From contig OZ219816.1 of NCBI GenBank assembly GCA_964291235.2, forward strand, positions 1,152,001 to 1,216,000: a DNA stretch of 64,000 nucleotides, read 5' to 3'. Positions 52,050 through 62,085 of the stretch are shown one piece after another. Each line of letters starts with the position of its first letter. The stretch's first letter is position 1. The notes under the pieces were generated by a model. The model did not search any database. It worked only from the letters and a program-made list of their open reading frames with translations, and had not been told where the DNA came from. This DNA comes from Vicinamibacteria bacterium (GTDB taxonomy: Bacteria > Acidobacteriota > Vicinamibacteria > Marinacidobacterales > Marinacidobacteraceae). A program made the position numbers and the translations under genes.

Positions 52050-53050
52050 GGGCCGCACGGCTGGGGGCCCTGTGCGGCCTGGCCCTCGTGGCGTGCGGCG
52101 GAGGCGAGACATCCTCCCCAAGCCCGCCAACCGCGCCGACGGCGCCGCCCGCATCGTTCAGCGTGCGCGGGGCCGTCACGCGAACCGTTCTTGGGGGGCC
52201 GGTCGCCGGCGCCACGCTCAGCGCCGGCGGAGCGACCGCCCGTTCGGGAGCGGATGGATCCTTCGGACTCGACCTGCCGGCGGGCGAACATCGGCTTACG
52301 GTGTCAGGGCCGGGAATCGTGGAACGCACCACGACCATCCGCGCTCCCCAGGATGCGGTTGCCCTTGATGTCGTTGTTGACGATTCGCCCTGGAACCTCG
52401 ATTTCTACCGGGAGATCGCCCGCAACGGGGCTGGAGGCGGGGATCTCGAAACGCTGATCCCCTGGGATGGCGAGCCCACGTTCTACATCGATGCGCGCCC
52501 GGAACCCACCACCGGCGCCGAGATTCCGGCGGAGACGATCGACTTCGTGGAACAGGCCATCCGGATCACCGTCCCGCTGCTCAGTGGCGGCCGCTACCTG
52601 GGAGAGCGCGTCGAGGTGACTCATGAACCGCCGGCGGACATGACGCCCGGCACCGTCATTTTTCGCTGGAACGCCGAGGAGGTATCCGAATTCGCGGACA
52701 GTGCGGATGCCTTCGCCTATCGGGTCGGTGGCGGCGCAAACGTGGTGGTGTTCCGGCACATCCCGGAAACCTGGGCCGTCCATCATGAAATCGGCCATGT
52801 GATGGGGCTGTTCCATCCGCTTGGCGGCCTTCGCCCGTCTCACATGTGGTACTCCGGCGAACTCGAACCTCCGCACTTCACCGAGTGGGACATCTTCCAC
52901 GCGCAGGTCCTGTATTCCCGGCCGGCGGGCAACGCGGATGTGGATGTGGACCCGCCGGGGTTCGTTACCCGGGGGACGAACGCGGCCGGGGTCTCGGGCA
53001 GCGGGCCGATCGCCTGCTTCTTCCCGAAGCCGGGTCCGCCGCGCCGCTGA
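52046..53050 (+). CDS. Lipoprotein with carboxypeptidase-regulatory-like domain and zinc metallopeptidase domain
   Basis: LALVAC lipobox; GPVAGATL..DGSF; HEIGHVMGLFH plus Met-turn SHMW. Confidence 0.78.
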   Translation: MRAARLGALCGLALVACGGGETSSPSPPTAPTAPPASFSVRGAVTRTVLGGPVAGATLSAGGATARSGADGSFGLDLPAGEHRLTVSGPGIVERTTTIRAPQDAVALDVVVDDSPWNLDFYREIARNGAGGGDLETLIPWDGEPTFYIDARPEPTTGAEIPAETIDFVEQAIRITVPLLSGGRYLGERVEVTHEPPADMTPGTVIFRWNAEEVSEFADSADAFAYRVGGGANVVVFRHIPETWAVHHEIGHVMGLFHPLGGLRPSHMWYSGELEPPHFTEWDIFHAQVLYSRPAGNADVDVDPPGFVTRGTNAAGVSGSGPIACFFPKPGPPRR

Positions 53051-53056
53051 CCCGAT

Positions 53057-54691
53057 TCAGCGCAGCAGTAGGTTTCGGGCGCGCCGGTCCGTTTCCGGCC
53101 TCTCGAGGGCGGCGAGAAGCCATTGGCCGAAGGCCGGCCCGTAGCGGTTCGCGAAGACGAACGGACTCAAGCGCCGCTCCTGTGGGGTCCCCCCGGGAAA
53201 GAGAGCGTTTCGGGCTCTCAGGAAACGCTGCCGGCGTTCCTCATCGCGGCGTTTTGCGGCACGCACGCTCTTCGCTTCGAGGTCGTTGACGATGGAAAGC
53301 ACCTTGCCCCGGGCGCGGTGGGCCGCGGCGGTCAGGCTCCCGTCCACGGCGCTGATGGTCCGTTCCACTTCGCCGAACGAGGAGTCGAGCGCGGCCTTGG
53401 CCTCGGCGAACGCGGCAGCCGCCGCCGGATCGGCAGCGCGCCGGTTGAGGGCGGCTTCGTCGCCGGCGGAAAGCTCGTCGAAGGCGATGCCGTCCCCGTC
53501 CAGCACCCGGAGCTGCGACCGCGTGAGTATCGCGACCTGATGGCGGGGAATCACCAGCGGACGCGGAATCCGGTGGATGTCGTAGAGGTCGCCCATTTGT
53601 GCGTGGTAGGCGATTTCGGAAGGCCCGCCAACGTACATCGCCGTGGGGAGCAGGAAGTCCTGTACGAGGGGGCGCAGCAACACGGCAGCGCTGAGACGCT
53701 CGACACAACCTTCGAGCAGGGCATCCGGGGGCCTTCCGGAGGCGTCGGTCCGGACCCGCGTCCGGACTCCGCTCGCTCCCGTGCAGAAGACGCCGTAGCC
53801 CTCGGGAGCGGCCTGACCCGGAAACCCGATAGCTTCGATCTCGCGCGTTCGCAGAGCGATTTGCCGGCGGCCTTCGGCTTCGTGTTCGATGGCCGCCTCG
53901 TACACCGGAAAGGCGAGGTGCTTGAGTTCCGGCGCCGTCGGGTCCATCACCACCAGCCCGGTTCCTCGGGACAGATGCAGGAGGAGGCGCCCGAATGCCT
54001 CGGGAAGGGAGTGTCCCGGGGCGTAGCACTCCTGGACCACGGCGTGGAGTTCGGCCGAGTACTCGGTTTCGGGCAGGATTTCCCGCAACTGCCGGTGCAG
54101 GTCGAGAACGGAGTCATCGAGGATGCGTTGAAACGCCGGGAGGCCGAGGTGTTCGTCCCTGGGTTCGTAGCGGAGCGGATGTGGATCTCCGGATCGATCG
54201 AGGAACCAGGCATCCCGAATCTCCTCGAAATCATGATCGTCACCCTCGATCCAGAAGACGGCGACGGTTCGCTGTCCGCTCCGCGCTTCGAGTTCGCGCG
54301 CGGCGGCGACGGTGGACATCGCCTTGATGAGCGAATAGAGCGGGCCGCCGAAGAGTCCGGGCTGCTGGCCGGTAACCACGGCAAGGGTGTCGGAACCGGC
54401 CAGGCGCTGTGCCGCCGCCAGCGCCGCCGGGTCCGCTCCCCAGGTGCGGTTCGTCGCGGCGATCACCTCTGCGGCGCGGGTCCGGGTGGCGTCAGCCGCG
54501 CGGGCTCGTCCCGCGCGTTCCCAGGCTTCTTCCGCAAACGGATCGGGAAGAAGGGTCGCAAACCGCTGGGGGTTGCGGCTCCAGGCGTCGAAGAAGGTGC
54601 CGGCGCGGACCCGAAGCGTTCGCACGAACGGGACCTCGTCGCGGGAGGCGGCGGGGTCGGGGGGACGGCTCAGCGTCTCGGTGGCGTTCAT
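53057..54691 (-). CDS. bshC: Bacillithiol biosynthesis BshC-family protein
   Basis: VVTGQQPGLFGGPLY..KA, FWIEGDDHDFEEI, LLRPLVQDFLLP..GGPSEIAY, PQER. Confidence 0.88.
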   Translation of the reverse strand: MNATETLSRPPDPAASRDEVPFVRTLRVRAGTFFDAWSRNPQRFATLLPDPFAEEAWERAGRARAADATRTRAAEVIAATNRTWGADPAALAAAQRLAGSDTLAVVTGQQPGLFGGPLYSLIKAMSTVAAARELEARSGQRTVAVFWIEGDDHDFEEIRDAWFLDRSGDPHPLRYEPRDEHLGLPAFQRILDDSVLDLHRQLREILPETEYSAELHAVVQECYAPGHSLPEAFGRLLLHLSRGTGLVVMDPTAPELKHLAFPVYEAAIEHEAEGRRQIALRTREIEAIGFPGQAAPEGYGVFCTGASGVRTRVRTDASGRPPDALLEGCVERLSAAVLLRPLVQDFLLPTAMYVGGPSEIAYHAQMGDLYDIHRIPRPLVIPRHQVAILTRSQLRVLDGDGIAFDELSAGDEAALNRRAADPAAAAAFAEAKAALDSSFGEVERTISAVDGSLTAAAHRARGKVLSIVNDLEAKSVRAAKRRDEERRQRFLRARNALFPGGTPQERRLSPFVFANRYGPAFGQWLLAALERPETDRRARNLLLR

Positions 54692-55269
54692 GGTGTTACC
54701 GGCCCGATCCGGCGCCAGGGAAAAATCCGGAAGACCGCTTCGCCAATGACGTCGTCTCCGGATATGGCGCCCCAGTGGCGACTGTCGCTGCTGGCGCCGC
54801 GGTTGTCGCCGAGCACGAAGTAGTCACCGGGAGCGAGAACGACCGAGACTGTTCCCGGCCCGTCGAAGGTCGTGGGGCCACCGGCTCCGGCCGCATTCGC
54901 CACCGGGGTCACGACCTCCGACAGGGACATCCCCGTGTCGGATGCGGGCAGCACCTGCACGTCATTGCCGCGAAACTGGACCGTGTCTCCCGGCACGCCG
55001 ATCACCCGTTTCACCATCACGGTGCCCTCGTCGGAGGGATCCCGGAAGAGCAGGACATCATCGCGAGCGATCGAGGTGACCCGGAGGCTCAGCTTGTTCA
55101 CCACGACCCGCTCGCCCGAGCGGAGGGTTGGCGCCATGCTCGATCCCTGGATTCGGTACACCTGGGCACCGTAGGCCATGACGATCCAGGCGCCCGCGGC
55201 CGCGATTGCCGCCGTGCGCAGGAATCCGAGCACCGGCCGGAGCGGGCCGGGTTTTGGAAGTTGCTCCAT
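54688..55269 (-). CDS. lepB: Signal peptidase I
   Basis: GSSMAPTL, VKRVIGVPGD, GDNRGASSDSRHWG. Confidence 0.93.
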   Translation of the reverse strand: MEQLPKPGPLRPVLGFLRTAAIAAAGAWIVMAYGAQVYRIQGSSMAPTLRSGERVVVNKLSLRVTSIARDDVLLFRDPSDEGTVMVKRVIGVPGDTVQFRGNDVQVLPASDTGMSLSEVVTPVANAAGAGGPTTFDGPGTVSVVLAPGDYFVLGDNRGASSDSRHWGAISGDDVIGEAVFRIFPWRRIGPVTP

Positions 55270-55273
55270 CGGA

Positions 55274-57184
55274 CTACATCCGTTCGGGAACCGGAATTCC
55301 GAGGAGTCCGAGACCCTGCCGGTGCTGGGCCACAAACGTCTCCACCGCATAGGTGCGAAGCAGGCGTGCCCCGGGATCCGGCTCCCCGGAGATGCGGTAG
55401 CGGTGGTAGAAGGCGTTGAAGCGTTGCGCACCCTCGTAGGCCCAGCGCGCCAGGACCTGGGGATCCTCCGCGGCGGCGGCCGCCGCCGCGGCCTCCCGGA
55501 GTTCGAGCGCGCCGCGCACCAGGGTCCAGAGGTCGGCTGCCTCCTCCGGGCTCCGTTTGGCGAGCAAGTCGTCGAAACCCTCCGGCGGCGCCGGGCAGGC
55601 CTCCGGAATGGAGCGTTCGAGCCGCGCGAGAATCTTGGCTCCCCGCACCGCGGCGTATTGCAGGTAGGGACCGGTAGCCCCCTCGAGGCTCAGGGCCTCC
55701 TCCAGATCGAAGACGATGAGCTGGTTCTTGGTCACCCGCACCATCAGGTAGCGAAGCGCTCCGACCGCGATCGCCAGGGCCACCGAGCGTTGCGCTCCCG
55801 ACTCCAGGTCAGGATTCCGCGCCGCCACTTCCGCGCTCGTTCGCTCGATGAGCGCATCGAGGAAATCGTCGGCCTTGATTCCGATCCCCTTTCGGCCGGA
55901 GACCTCCACCGCGCCGTCCCCCACACCGCTTCCCAGACCGAGCGCCTCCACCGTTGCCGGAGTCAGCGCCACCATTTCGTACGACAGATGACGCGTTCGC
56001 GCCCGATCGGCCTCGGAGGTCAGGCGGGCGACCGCTTCCTGAACGACCTGCTGGGTGTACGACTGCCGGGCGTCGATCACGTGATGCACGAGCGCGGCAG
56101 CGCCGAAGCTCGGGGCGCTGGCGTCTTGCGGCCCGGCGGTGCTCATCCAGACGCGTCCTCCATCGGGATACCGGTAGAAGGAACGCCAGCGGAATTCGCG
56201 ATCCAGTAGCCCCAGTTGCCACATCTGGTAGGCGATGTCCTTGCCGACGTAGGTCACGGTCCCGTTGGAGCGGACGATGACCTTTTCACCGTCCTGAGCC
56301 AGATCGGTGTCCATCACCCAGCAGCCCCGGTTCTTCCCGGACTCGCTCCGGCGGATAGCGCGCCCCTCGCGCAGCAGTTCGAAAGCACGGTCCCAGAAAT
56401 GCAGGTGCAGAATCGACTTTTCGCAGGGCAGGAGGTCGTAACGGACCCCGATCCGCTCCATGGTCTCCAGATGCCGGTAGGCGACGGCGTCCGCCACGAT
56501 GGCGCCGATCTCCGCCCATGGGTTCTCGCCGTGTTCGAGGCCATGCAGCGCCTCCTGGCGAGCCGCACGACCGTCGGGGTCTTCCTCGATCCAGCGAGAT
56601 ATCTCGGTGTAGAGATCCCAGCACAGATAGTCGAACCGCGGCTGCTGCACCAGGCGCCGCACCTCGTCGGCATCCACTTGCCGCAGCCGCAGGAAGCCGA
56701 GCACCACGTCCGCGACCTGCACACCGGTGTCGTCGATGTAGGTTTGCACCTCGATCCGGTGTCCCAAGAACCGAAGGATGCGGGCATAGGCGTCACCGAG
56801 GGCGGCGTTTCGGAGATGGCCGATGTGGGCCGCCTTGTTCGGATTGATGCTGGTGTGTTCGACGACGTGGATCCCTTCGGGAGCCTCGCCCCCGCTTTCG
56901 GCCAGCGCGTGTCGTATCCACAGCTCCCGGTTCAGGAAGACGTTGACGTAACCAGGGCCGGCCACCTCCACCCGCCGGACTTCAGGACGGTCGGCGAGCA
57001 CCTCCGCGAGGGTCTTGGCGATCTCTCGCGGCGGCCGGCGTAGCTGCCGGGCCAGACCGAATGCGGCTGGGAAAGCGAGATCTCCCTGCTCGGGAGATGG
57101 GGGAGTTTCCGAGACCACGGCAAACCCCGGAGCCCCGGCATTCGCGGCGGTCTCGCGTATGACTTCCTCGAGCACTCGGAGCAT
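55274..57184 (-). CDS. argS: Arginine--tRNA ligase
   Basis: GPGYVN, EHTSINPNKAAHIGHLRN, VSGRKG, GATGPYLQYA, PERM C-terminus. Confidence 0.95.
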   Translation of the reverse strand: MLRVLEEVIRETAANAGAPGFAVVSETPPSPEQGDLAFPAAFGLARQLRRPPREIAKTLAEVLADRPEVRRVEVAGPGYVNVFLNRELWIRHALAESGGEAPEGIHVVEHTSINPNKAAHIGHLRNAALGDAYARILRFLGHRIEVQTYIDDTGVQVADVVLGFLRLRQVDADEVRRLVQQPRFDYLCWDLYTEISRWIEEDPDGRAARQEALHGLEHGENPWAEIGAIVADAVAYRHLETMERIGVRYDLLPCEKSILHLHFWDRAFELLREGRAIRRSESGKNRGCWVMDTDLAQDGEKVIVRSNGTVTYVGKDIAYQMWQLGLLDREFRWRSFYRYPDGGRVWMSTAGPQDASAPSFGAAALVHHVIDARQSYTQQVVQEAVARLTSEADRARTRHLSYEMVALTPATVEALGLGSGVGDGAVEVSGRKGIGIKADDFLDALIERTSAEVAARNPDLESGAQRSVALAIAVGALRYLMVRVTKNQLIVFDLEEALSLEGATGPYLQYAAVRGAKILARLERSIPEACPAPPEGFDDLLAKRSPEEAADLWTLVRGALELREAAAAAAAAEDPQVLARWAYEGAQRFNAFYHRYRISGEPDPGARLLRTYAVETFVAQHRQGLGLLGIPVPERM

Positions 57185-57242
57185 CGGCGCGGAGTCTAGT
57201 GGCTGGGGGAGGGCCCGGCGTCTGGGGTGTCCAGACGGTTAA

Positions 57243-57421
57243 CAGCCTGTGGCAAAACCCCCGCGGCGTTCGCCGGGCGATTCATCCCGCATGAACCGCG
57301 CCTCTGCGAGGCGCTCATCGTTGCGTTTCGGTCGAAATACACTCGGTATTCCTCCCTCACGCGCCTTGTCAGCCGGGCGCCTCACCCGTCTCGGCGCTCA
57401 CGGGGGTTTCACCACAGGCTG
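57243..57421. mobile_element. MITE-like element, copy D
   Basis: TIR CAGCCTGTGGCAAAACCCCCG / CGGGGGTTTCACCACAGGCTG (19 of 21 match), TTAA on both sides; core at 57314-57365. Confidence 0.85.
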
Positions 57422-58399
57422 TTAACGCCCGGTTTCCGGGTCGCTCGCCGGCTCGAAGGGCCCGTAATAGCCCCGCCGGGCTCGTATCTCCGCTTTGCCG
57501 CCGTCCGGTAGCGCCACCTCGACCTCGATGCGGCGATACCGCCCTTCGCGCCGGGTGTTCGACGAGACATAACCGATCGTGTATTGGCTGTAGAGCTCGT
57601 CCAGGATCCGGTCATAGAGTTCGTCGAGTTGTTCGAGCGAAGACGCGAGGGCGTAGGAACCACCGCTGTTCTCGGCGATCGCCCGCAGGAAGCGGGCGTT
57701 TTGGAACACCTGGTCGTGCCGGCTGCGATCTCCGAACTGAATCGAATGGATGGTGGTGTCGCTGAGCTTCACGAGGTCGAGCGCTTCGGAAAACATGAGG
57801 GTGGACCGGGAGTCGGCGCCGTCGCTGAATACCGCGAGCGTCTTCCGGCCGTCGTAGTCGTACACCCGGTCGAGAAACGTGGCCACCGCGTCATAGAGCG
57901 CGGTCCAGCCCTCGGCTTCGATGTCGTAGATGCGGTTCGAAATCGTGCGCTGGTCGTCGCTTGAAAACTCGGACAGCCAGATGTTCTCGTCGAAGCTGAT
58001 GACGAAGAGGTTTTGGGTCCTCGGAATGTTGGTGAGGAACTTGATCGCCGCTTCGTGCAGCAGCGCAAGATCCTCCTCCATGCTGCCCGATGAATCGAGC
58101 AGCAGGCCGATGACCTGCTTCTGGGCGAGCTCCTCTTTCTGATCGGGCGGCAGATCGACCCAGGATTCCTCGAGCCCGGCGCCGAACACGAGGATCTCCT
58201 GCTCCACGCCGTCCTCGAGCACCCGGAAGTCCCCGGCGCCGAGTCCCGTAACGAACTCCCCGTCCTCCCGGGTGACCGCCACCGGCACCGAAACAAGATC
58301 GACTCCGGCCTCGAATCGGAAGATTTCCTGTTCCTGGGCCGGCGCCGCAAACGCGAACAGGAGTAACCCGGCCCCCAGCGTGGCCACCCGGTGGGTCAT
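57422..58399 (-). CDS. VWA domain protein (VWFA-related acidobacterial type)
   Basis: Signal peptide; VDLVSVPVAV..FRVLEDGVEQ, LLDSSGSM, TALYDA, SDGAD, QYTIGY, RARRGY. Confidence 0.88.
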   Translation of the reverse strand: MTHRVATLGAGLLLFAFAAPAQEQEIFRFEAGVDLVSVPVAVTREDGEFVTGLGAGDFRVLEDGVEQEILVFGAGLEESWVDLPPDQKEELAQKQVIGLLLDSSGSMEEDLALLHEAAIKFLTNIPRTQNLFVISFDENIWLSEFSSDDQRTISNRIYDIEAEGWTALYDAVATFLDRVYDYDGRKTLAVFSDGADSRSTLMFSEALDLVKLSDTTIHSIQFGDRSRHDQVFQNARFLRAIAENSGGSYALASSLEQLDELYDRILDELYSQYTIGYVSSNTRREGRYRRIEVEVALPDGGKAEIRARRGYYGPFEPASDPETGR

Positions 58400-58498
58400 G
58401 CGCGGCATTGTCCCATCCGGATGGGAGAGCACGCGAGCGTCGTTCCACCCCAGGGGGGTCACCCCGAGCCCGGTAGGGAACGCCGCGCCCACGGCCCC

Positions 58499-60361
58499 TC
58501 AGATGAGCCCGGCCACGCTCCGGATGGCGAGGTCGAAGCGGTTGAAGGGCGGCATCACGTACACCCCGGCGGCGACGTCCCGCGCGGCGGCGACCATGTC
58601 GCGGGCCACCGCCACCCCGACTTCACGGGCGCGCTGCCGGTTCGGAGCGGCCGCGAGGCGACTGCGGACCGATCGCGGGACGCTCATTCCGGGAACCTCG
58701 TTGTGGAGGAACTCGGCGTTTCGGGAGCTGACCAGCGGCAAGACTCCGACGAGCACGGGAATCTCGAAGCCGCGGACATCGCCGAGGAATCGCTCCAGCA
58801 GATTCGTTTCATACACAGGCTGCGTAAGGCAGTACTGCGCGCCGGCCGCGACCTTCTTCTCGAACTTCCGCATTTCGGCCTCGGGGTCGGCCGCCGCCGG
58901 ATTCGCGCCGACTCCGATGTAGAAGGGAAGCGGCGCGCCGAGGGGATTCCCCGCCAGGTCGAAACCGTGGTTCAGGCCGTCCAGGATGCGGACGAGTCCA
59001 ACCGAGTCCACATCGAAAACCGCCGTCGCGTGGGGGTAGTCCCCGAGCTTCGGTGGATCGCCGGTGACCGCCAGCAGGTTGCGGATTCCCAGGGCGTGGG
59101 CGCCCAACAGGTCCGATTGGATACCGATCAGATTGCGGTCCCGGCACTGGTAGTGAAGGATCGTCTCCACGCCGCCCCTCCGCTCGACCAGCGCGGCGAA
59201 CGCGATCGCGCTCATCCGGGCGGTGGCGCGCGGCCCGTCGGCAATGTTCACGAACCGGATCCCGGCCTCGGCCAGTTCCTCCACCTTGTCAAGGAATCTG
59301 CCGGGATCGGCGCCCCGTGGCGGATCCATTTCCACCGACACGGCGAAGCGGCCGTCAACCAGGCAGCCGGCCAGGCCGGAACGCTCGCGTGGCGCCACGA
59401 CGGGGACGGCGGCGGGCTCCGCTTCCGGCGCGGCCGGGGGTCCTGTTCCGGCAGCCCTCACGCGGGCCGTCCGTCTCCCGGCCGACGCGGCCCGGACCAC
59501 CCCGGCTACCGCGCCGATGTGCTCGACGCCGGTGCCGCAACACCCGCCGATCAGGGAGACGCCGAGCCGGAGATAGCGCTTCGCATAGTGAGCCACATAG
59601 TCCGGGGAGGATGGATACAGGAAGCGCCCCTCCACCCGCTCCGGAATCCCGGCGTTCGGCTGGGCGACCAGCGGGAGGCTGACGGCGTCCCGCATGCGTT
59701 CCAACGCGGTCAGAGTGGTGTCCGGGCCGATGCCGCAGTTGGAGCCGACCGCGTCGGCTCCGTCAGCGGCGAGCGCCTCGGCCGTCTGATCCGCCGACAC
59801 CCCGTAGAGGGTCGTTGCGTGCTCGGAAAACGTCATGAGCACGATGACCCCCAGGTCGGGCGCCACCTCCCGCGCCGCGGACAGGGCCAACCGGGCCTCG
59901 GGAAGGCTGGTGAAGGTCTCGATGAGGAGCGCGTCCACTCCGCTCTCGGCCAGCGCCGCGATCTGCTCGCGAAACCCCGCGGCGAATTGCGGCGCCTTCT
60001 CCTCGTCCAGGGGACCGAGAACCTCTCCGCTCGGTCCCACCGATCCGAAGACGGCAACCCCCGGGGCGACAGCGCCGCGCGCGAGGGCGACTCCCGCCGC
60101 ATTGATCCTGGCCACCTCGGAGGCGAGTCCATGCCGCCCCAGCTTCCAGCGGTTGGCGCCGAAGGTGTTGGTGCTCACCACTTCGGCGCCTGCCTCGACG
60201 TGGGCGGCGTGGATCGCCCGCACCCGGTCGGGATCGGACCGATTCAGGTCGTCGAAGGAGCGCCGCGCCGCGACGCCGCCGGTATAGAGCGCGGTGCCCA
60301 GCGCCCCGTCACCGACCCGGGACCGTTCCCTGAGAAATGCGGTCAGTTCGGCGCGGCGCAT
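58499..60361 (-). CDS. Bifunctional homocysteine S-methyltransferase / 5,10-methylenetetrahydrofolate reductase (YitJ-type)
   Basis: DGALGT, TNTFGAN, PNAG, GGCCGT; EMDPPRG, ADGPRA, CRDRN, TGDPPK, TQPVY, HNEVPG. Confidence 0.93.
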   Translation of the reverse strand: MRRAELTAFLRERSRVGDGALGTALYTGGVAARRSFDDLNRSDPDRVRAIHAAHVEAGAEVVSTNTFGANRWKLGRHGLASEVARINAAGVALARGAVAPGVAVFGSVGPSGEVLGPLDEEKAPQFAAGFREQIAALAESGVDALLIETFTSLPEARLALSAAREVAPDLGVIVLMTFSEHATTLYGVSADQTAEALAADGADAVGSNCGIGPDTTLTALERMRDAVSLPLVAQPNAGIPERVEGRFLYPSSPDYVAHYAKRYLRLGVSLIGGCCGTGVEHIGAVAGVVRAASAGRRTARVRAAGTGPPAAPEAEPAAVPVVAPRERSGLAGCLVDGRFAVSVEMDPPRGADPGRFLDKVEELAEAGIRFVNIADGPRATARMSAIAFAALVERRGGVETILHYQCRDRNLIGIQSDLLGAHALGIRNLLAVTGDPPKLGDYPHATAVFDVDSVGLVRILDGLNHGFDLAGNPLGAPLPFYIGVGANPAAADPEAEMRKFEKKVAAGAQYCLTQPVYETNLLERFLGDVRGFEIPVLVGVLPLVSSRNAEFLHNEVPGMSVPRSVRSRLAAAPNRQRAREVGVAVARDMVAAARDVAAGVYVMPPFNRFDLAIRSVAGLI

Positions 60362-60410
60362 CTCGCGGCCGGGGTCCCGGTTCCTTCGGGTGGGGAGCCG
60401 GGCGGGTGGC

Positions 60411-60722
60411 TCAGTACCCGACTACCCAGCGGTGGTCCACGACGAAGCGGAAACCCGAAGCGAGCGGGCGGAGGCCGAGCTCGGCGATCAGCGCGCGGGA
60501 AAAGGCGCGCGCCAGAATCGCATGCACCTCTTCACCGGTCTTTTGGGCCTGCTCTTCGGCGGCGCTGGATGCCAGATCGGTGACCAGCATCGTGCCCTCC
60601 ACGGTTTCGCCGCCCGAGGCGGCCTTCAGCGACCACGGCTGGTGCTTGTCGGTTTCGGAGCGTTCGGCGATTGCCGCGGCGGCCGCCCAACGGGCGCCGC
60701 GGCCTTCAAAGCTGACCTGCAT
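60411..60722 (-). CDS. Hypothetical protein (103 aa)
   Basis: Fills the gap; TACAAT -10-like hexamer just upstream; no known motif. Confidence 0.55.
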   Translation of the reverse strand: MQVSFEGRGARWAAAAAIAERSETDKHQPWSLKAASGGETVEGTMLVTDLASSAAEEQAQKTGEEVHAILARAFSRALIAELGLRPLASGFRFVVDHRWVVGY

Positions 60723-60815
60723 GGGGACGGAATTGTATTAGCAATCTGTGGGGAAACCCACGCGAGCGCCGAGGCCGCGAGCGGGAGAACGGGGCCGCGT
60801 TGGTGGTGTCACCGG

Positions 60816-61880
60816 CTAGGGCAGGGCGGGTGGCTCGAAGATCTGCGGGCCGCTCCGGCAGTCGAGGGTCTCCAGGAACGCGACGAGATCGGTGATCTGC
60901 TCGTCACTGAGATCCCGGTCCACGAGTTCATCGGTGTCCAGGTAGGGATTGGCCAGCCCGCCGCTCGCCATCAGGCGCACCGCCTCCTCCAGAGTCGCCA
61001 CGCTTCCGTCGTGGAAATAGGGAGCGCTCTTCGAGATGTCGCGGAGGGTAGGGGTCTTGAAGGCGCCCTGGCAGGGTTCATCTTCGGTGGTGCTGCAAAG
61101 AGCCTCTTCCGTCACCCGCCCGCGGCCCAGGTCCGGCTCATCGGCATCCATGCCGATCCCGACGTTGTGGTACTTCATGTCGGTGAACAGGACCCCGCTG
61201 TGGCAGGTCGCGCAGCCGGCGCCCGCGGTAAACAGTTCCGCCCCCCGCATCGCCGCCTCCGACATGGCCGACGCGTCGCCCCGCCGCCAGTCGTCATAAG
61301 CGGTGTCCCCGCAGTAAAACGCCTCCCGCTCGAAGGCGGAAATCGCCTGCACGACGGCGTCCGGAGTTGCAGGGCCGCCGAAGACCGCCTGAAACTGTTC
61401 CGCGTAACCGGGAATTGCGTTCAACTCGGTGACGACCGCATCGGCATCGGCGCCCATGTTCCCGCCCGTCCAGGCGGCGCGCGCCTGGGCCTCGAGCGAT
61501 CCGCTCCGGCCGTCCCAATAGAACTGGGTGTGGTACGCGATGTTCCAGAGCGTGGGGCTGGATCGGGTCAGCACGCGGCCCAGCGCGCCCTCGGCGACCG
61601 GCTTTCCGTCGGTAAGGCCGTTTTCGACGAGGTGACAGCTGTAGCAGGACCGGGTTCCGTCCGCCGAGAGGCGGGTGTCGAAGTACAACTGCTTGCCGAG
61701 CGCCACTTTTTCCGGAGTTTGGGGATTGTCGGCGGGTACGACCGGCCTCTCGAAATCGGCGGGAGGTCCGGGGACGAACGCGGGCGGGGCCATCTCGCCG
61801 GCGGGCTCCTCGGCGGGCGGAGCGCAGGCGAGCGCGCCGGCGAACGCCAAGGGGAGGGTGAGAAATGAGAAAGCCCGCAT
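60816..61880 (-). CDS. Di-heme cytochrome c peroxidase (CCP/MauG family) lipoprotein
   Basis: LGKQLYFDTRLS, CYSCH, WDGR, CATCH, FKTPTLR, PYFHDGS; lipobox ALAC. Confidence 0.92.
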   Translation of the reverse strand: MRAFSFLTLPLAFAGALACAPPAEEPAGEMAPPAFVPGPPADFERPVVPADNPQTPEKVALGKQLYFDTRLSADGTRSCYSCHLVENGLTDGKPVAEGALGRVLTRSSPTLWNIAYHTQFYWDGRSGSLEAQARAAWTGGNMGADADAVVTELNAIPGYAEQFQAVFGGPATPDAVVQAISAFEREAFYCGDTAYDDWRRGDASAMSEAAMRGAELFTAGAGCATCHSGVLFTDMKYHNVGIGMDADEPDLGRGRVTEEALCSTTEDEPCQGAFKTPTLRDISKSAPYFHDGSVATLEEAVRLMASGGLANPYLDTDELVDRDLSDEQITDLVAFLETLDCRSGPQIFEPPALP

Positions 61881-62085
61881 CGCAGTACCCCGCTTCGGAA
61901 AACGTGGAGGAAAGAGGCGCCCAATGCTACCAGCCGAAGCCCGTCGGAAGGCTCCTCCCAAGCCGCGCCGAGGCTTGCTCCAAGAGTGCCAAAACGGCCG
62001 GCGTTGAGTCCCGTTTCCGTTCCCGCATTCAGCGGCAAGAGAGGAAAGGGGCGATCATCCCGGAGACGCGATAGGCTCCGGCAAC

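Noticed and set aside
33889-57511. Short ORFs read through the repeat copies (e.g. IVAFRSKYTRYSSLTR)
   Set aside because: The frame is not preserved among copies; similarity is at DNA level
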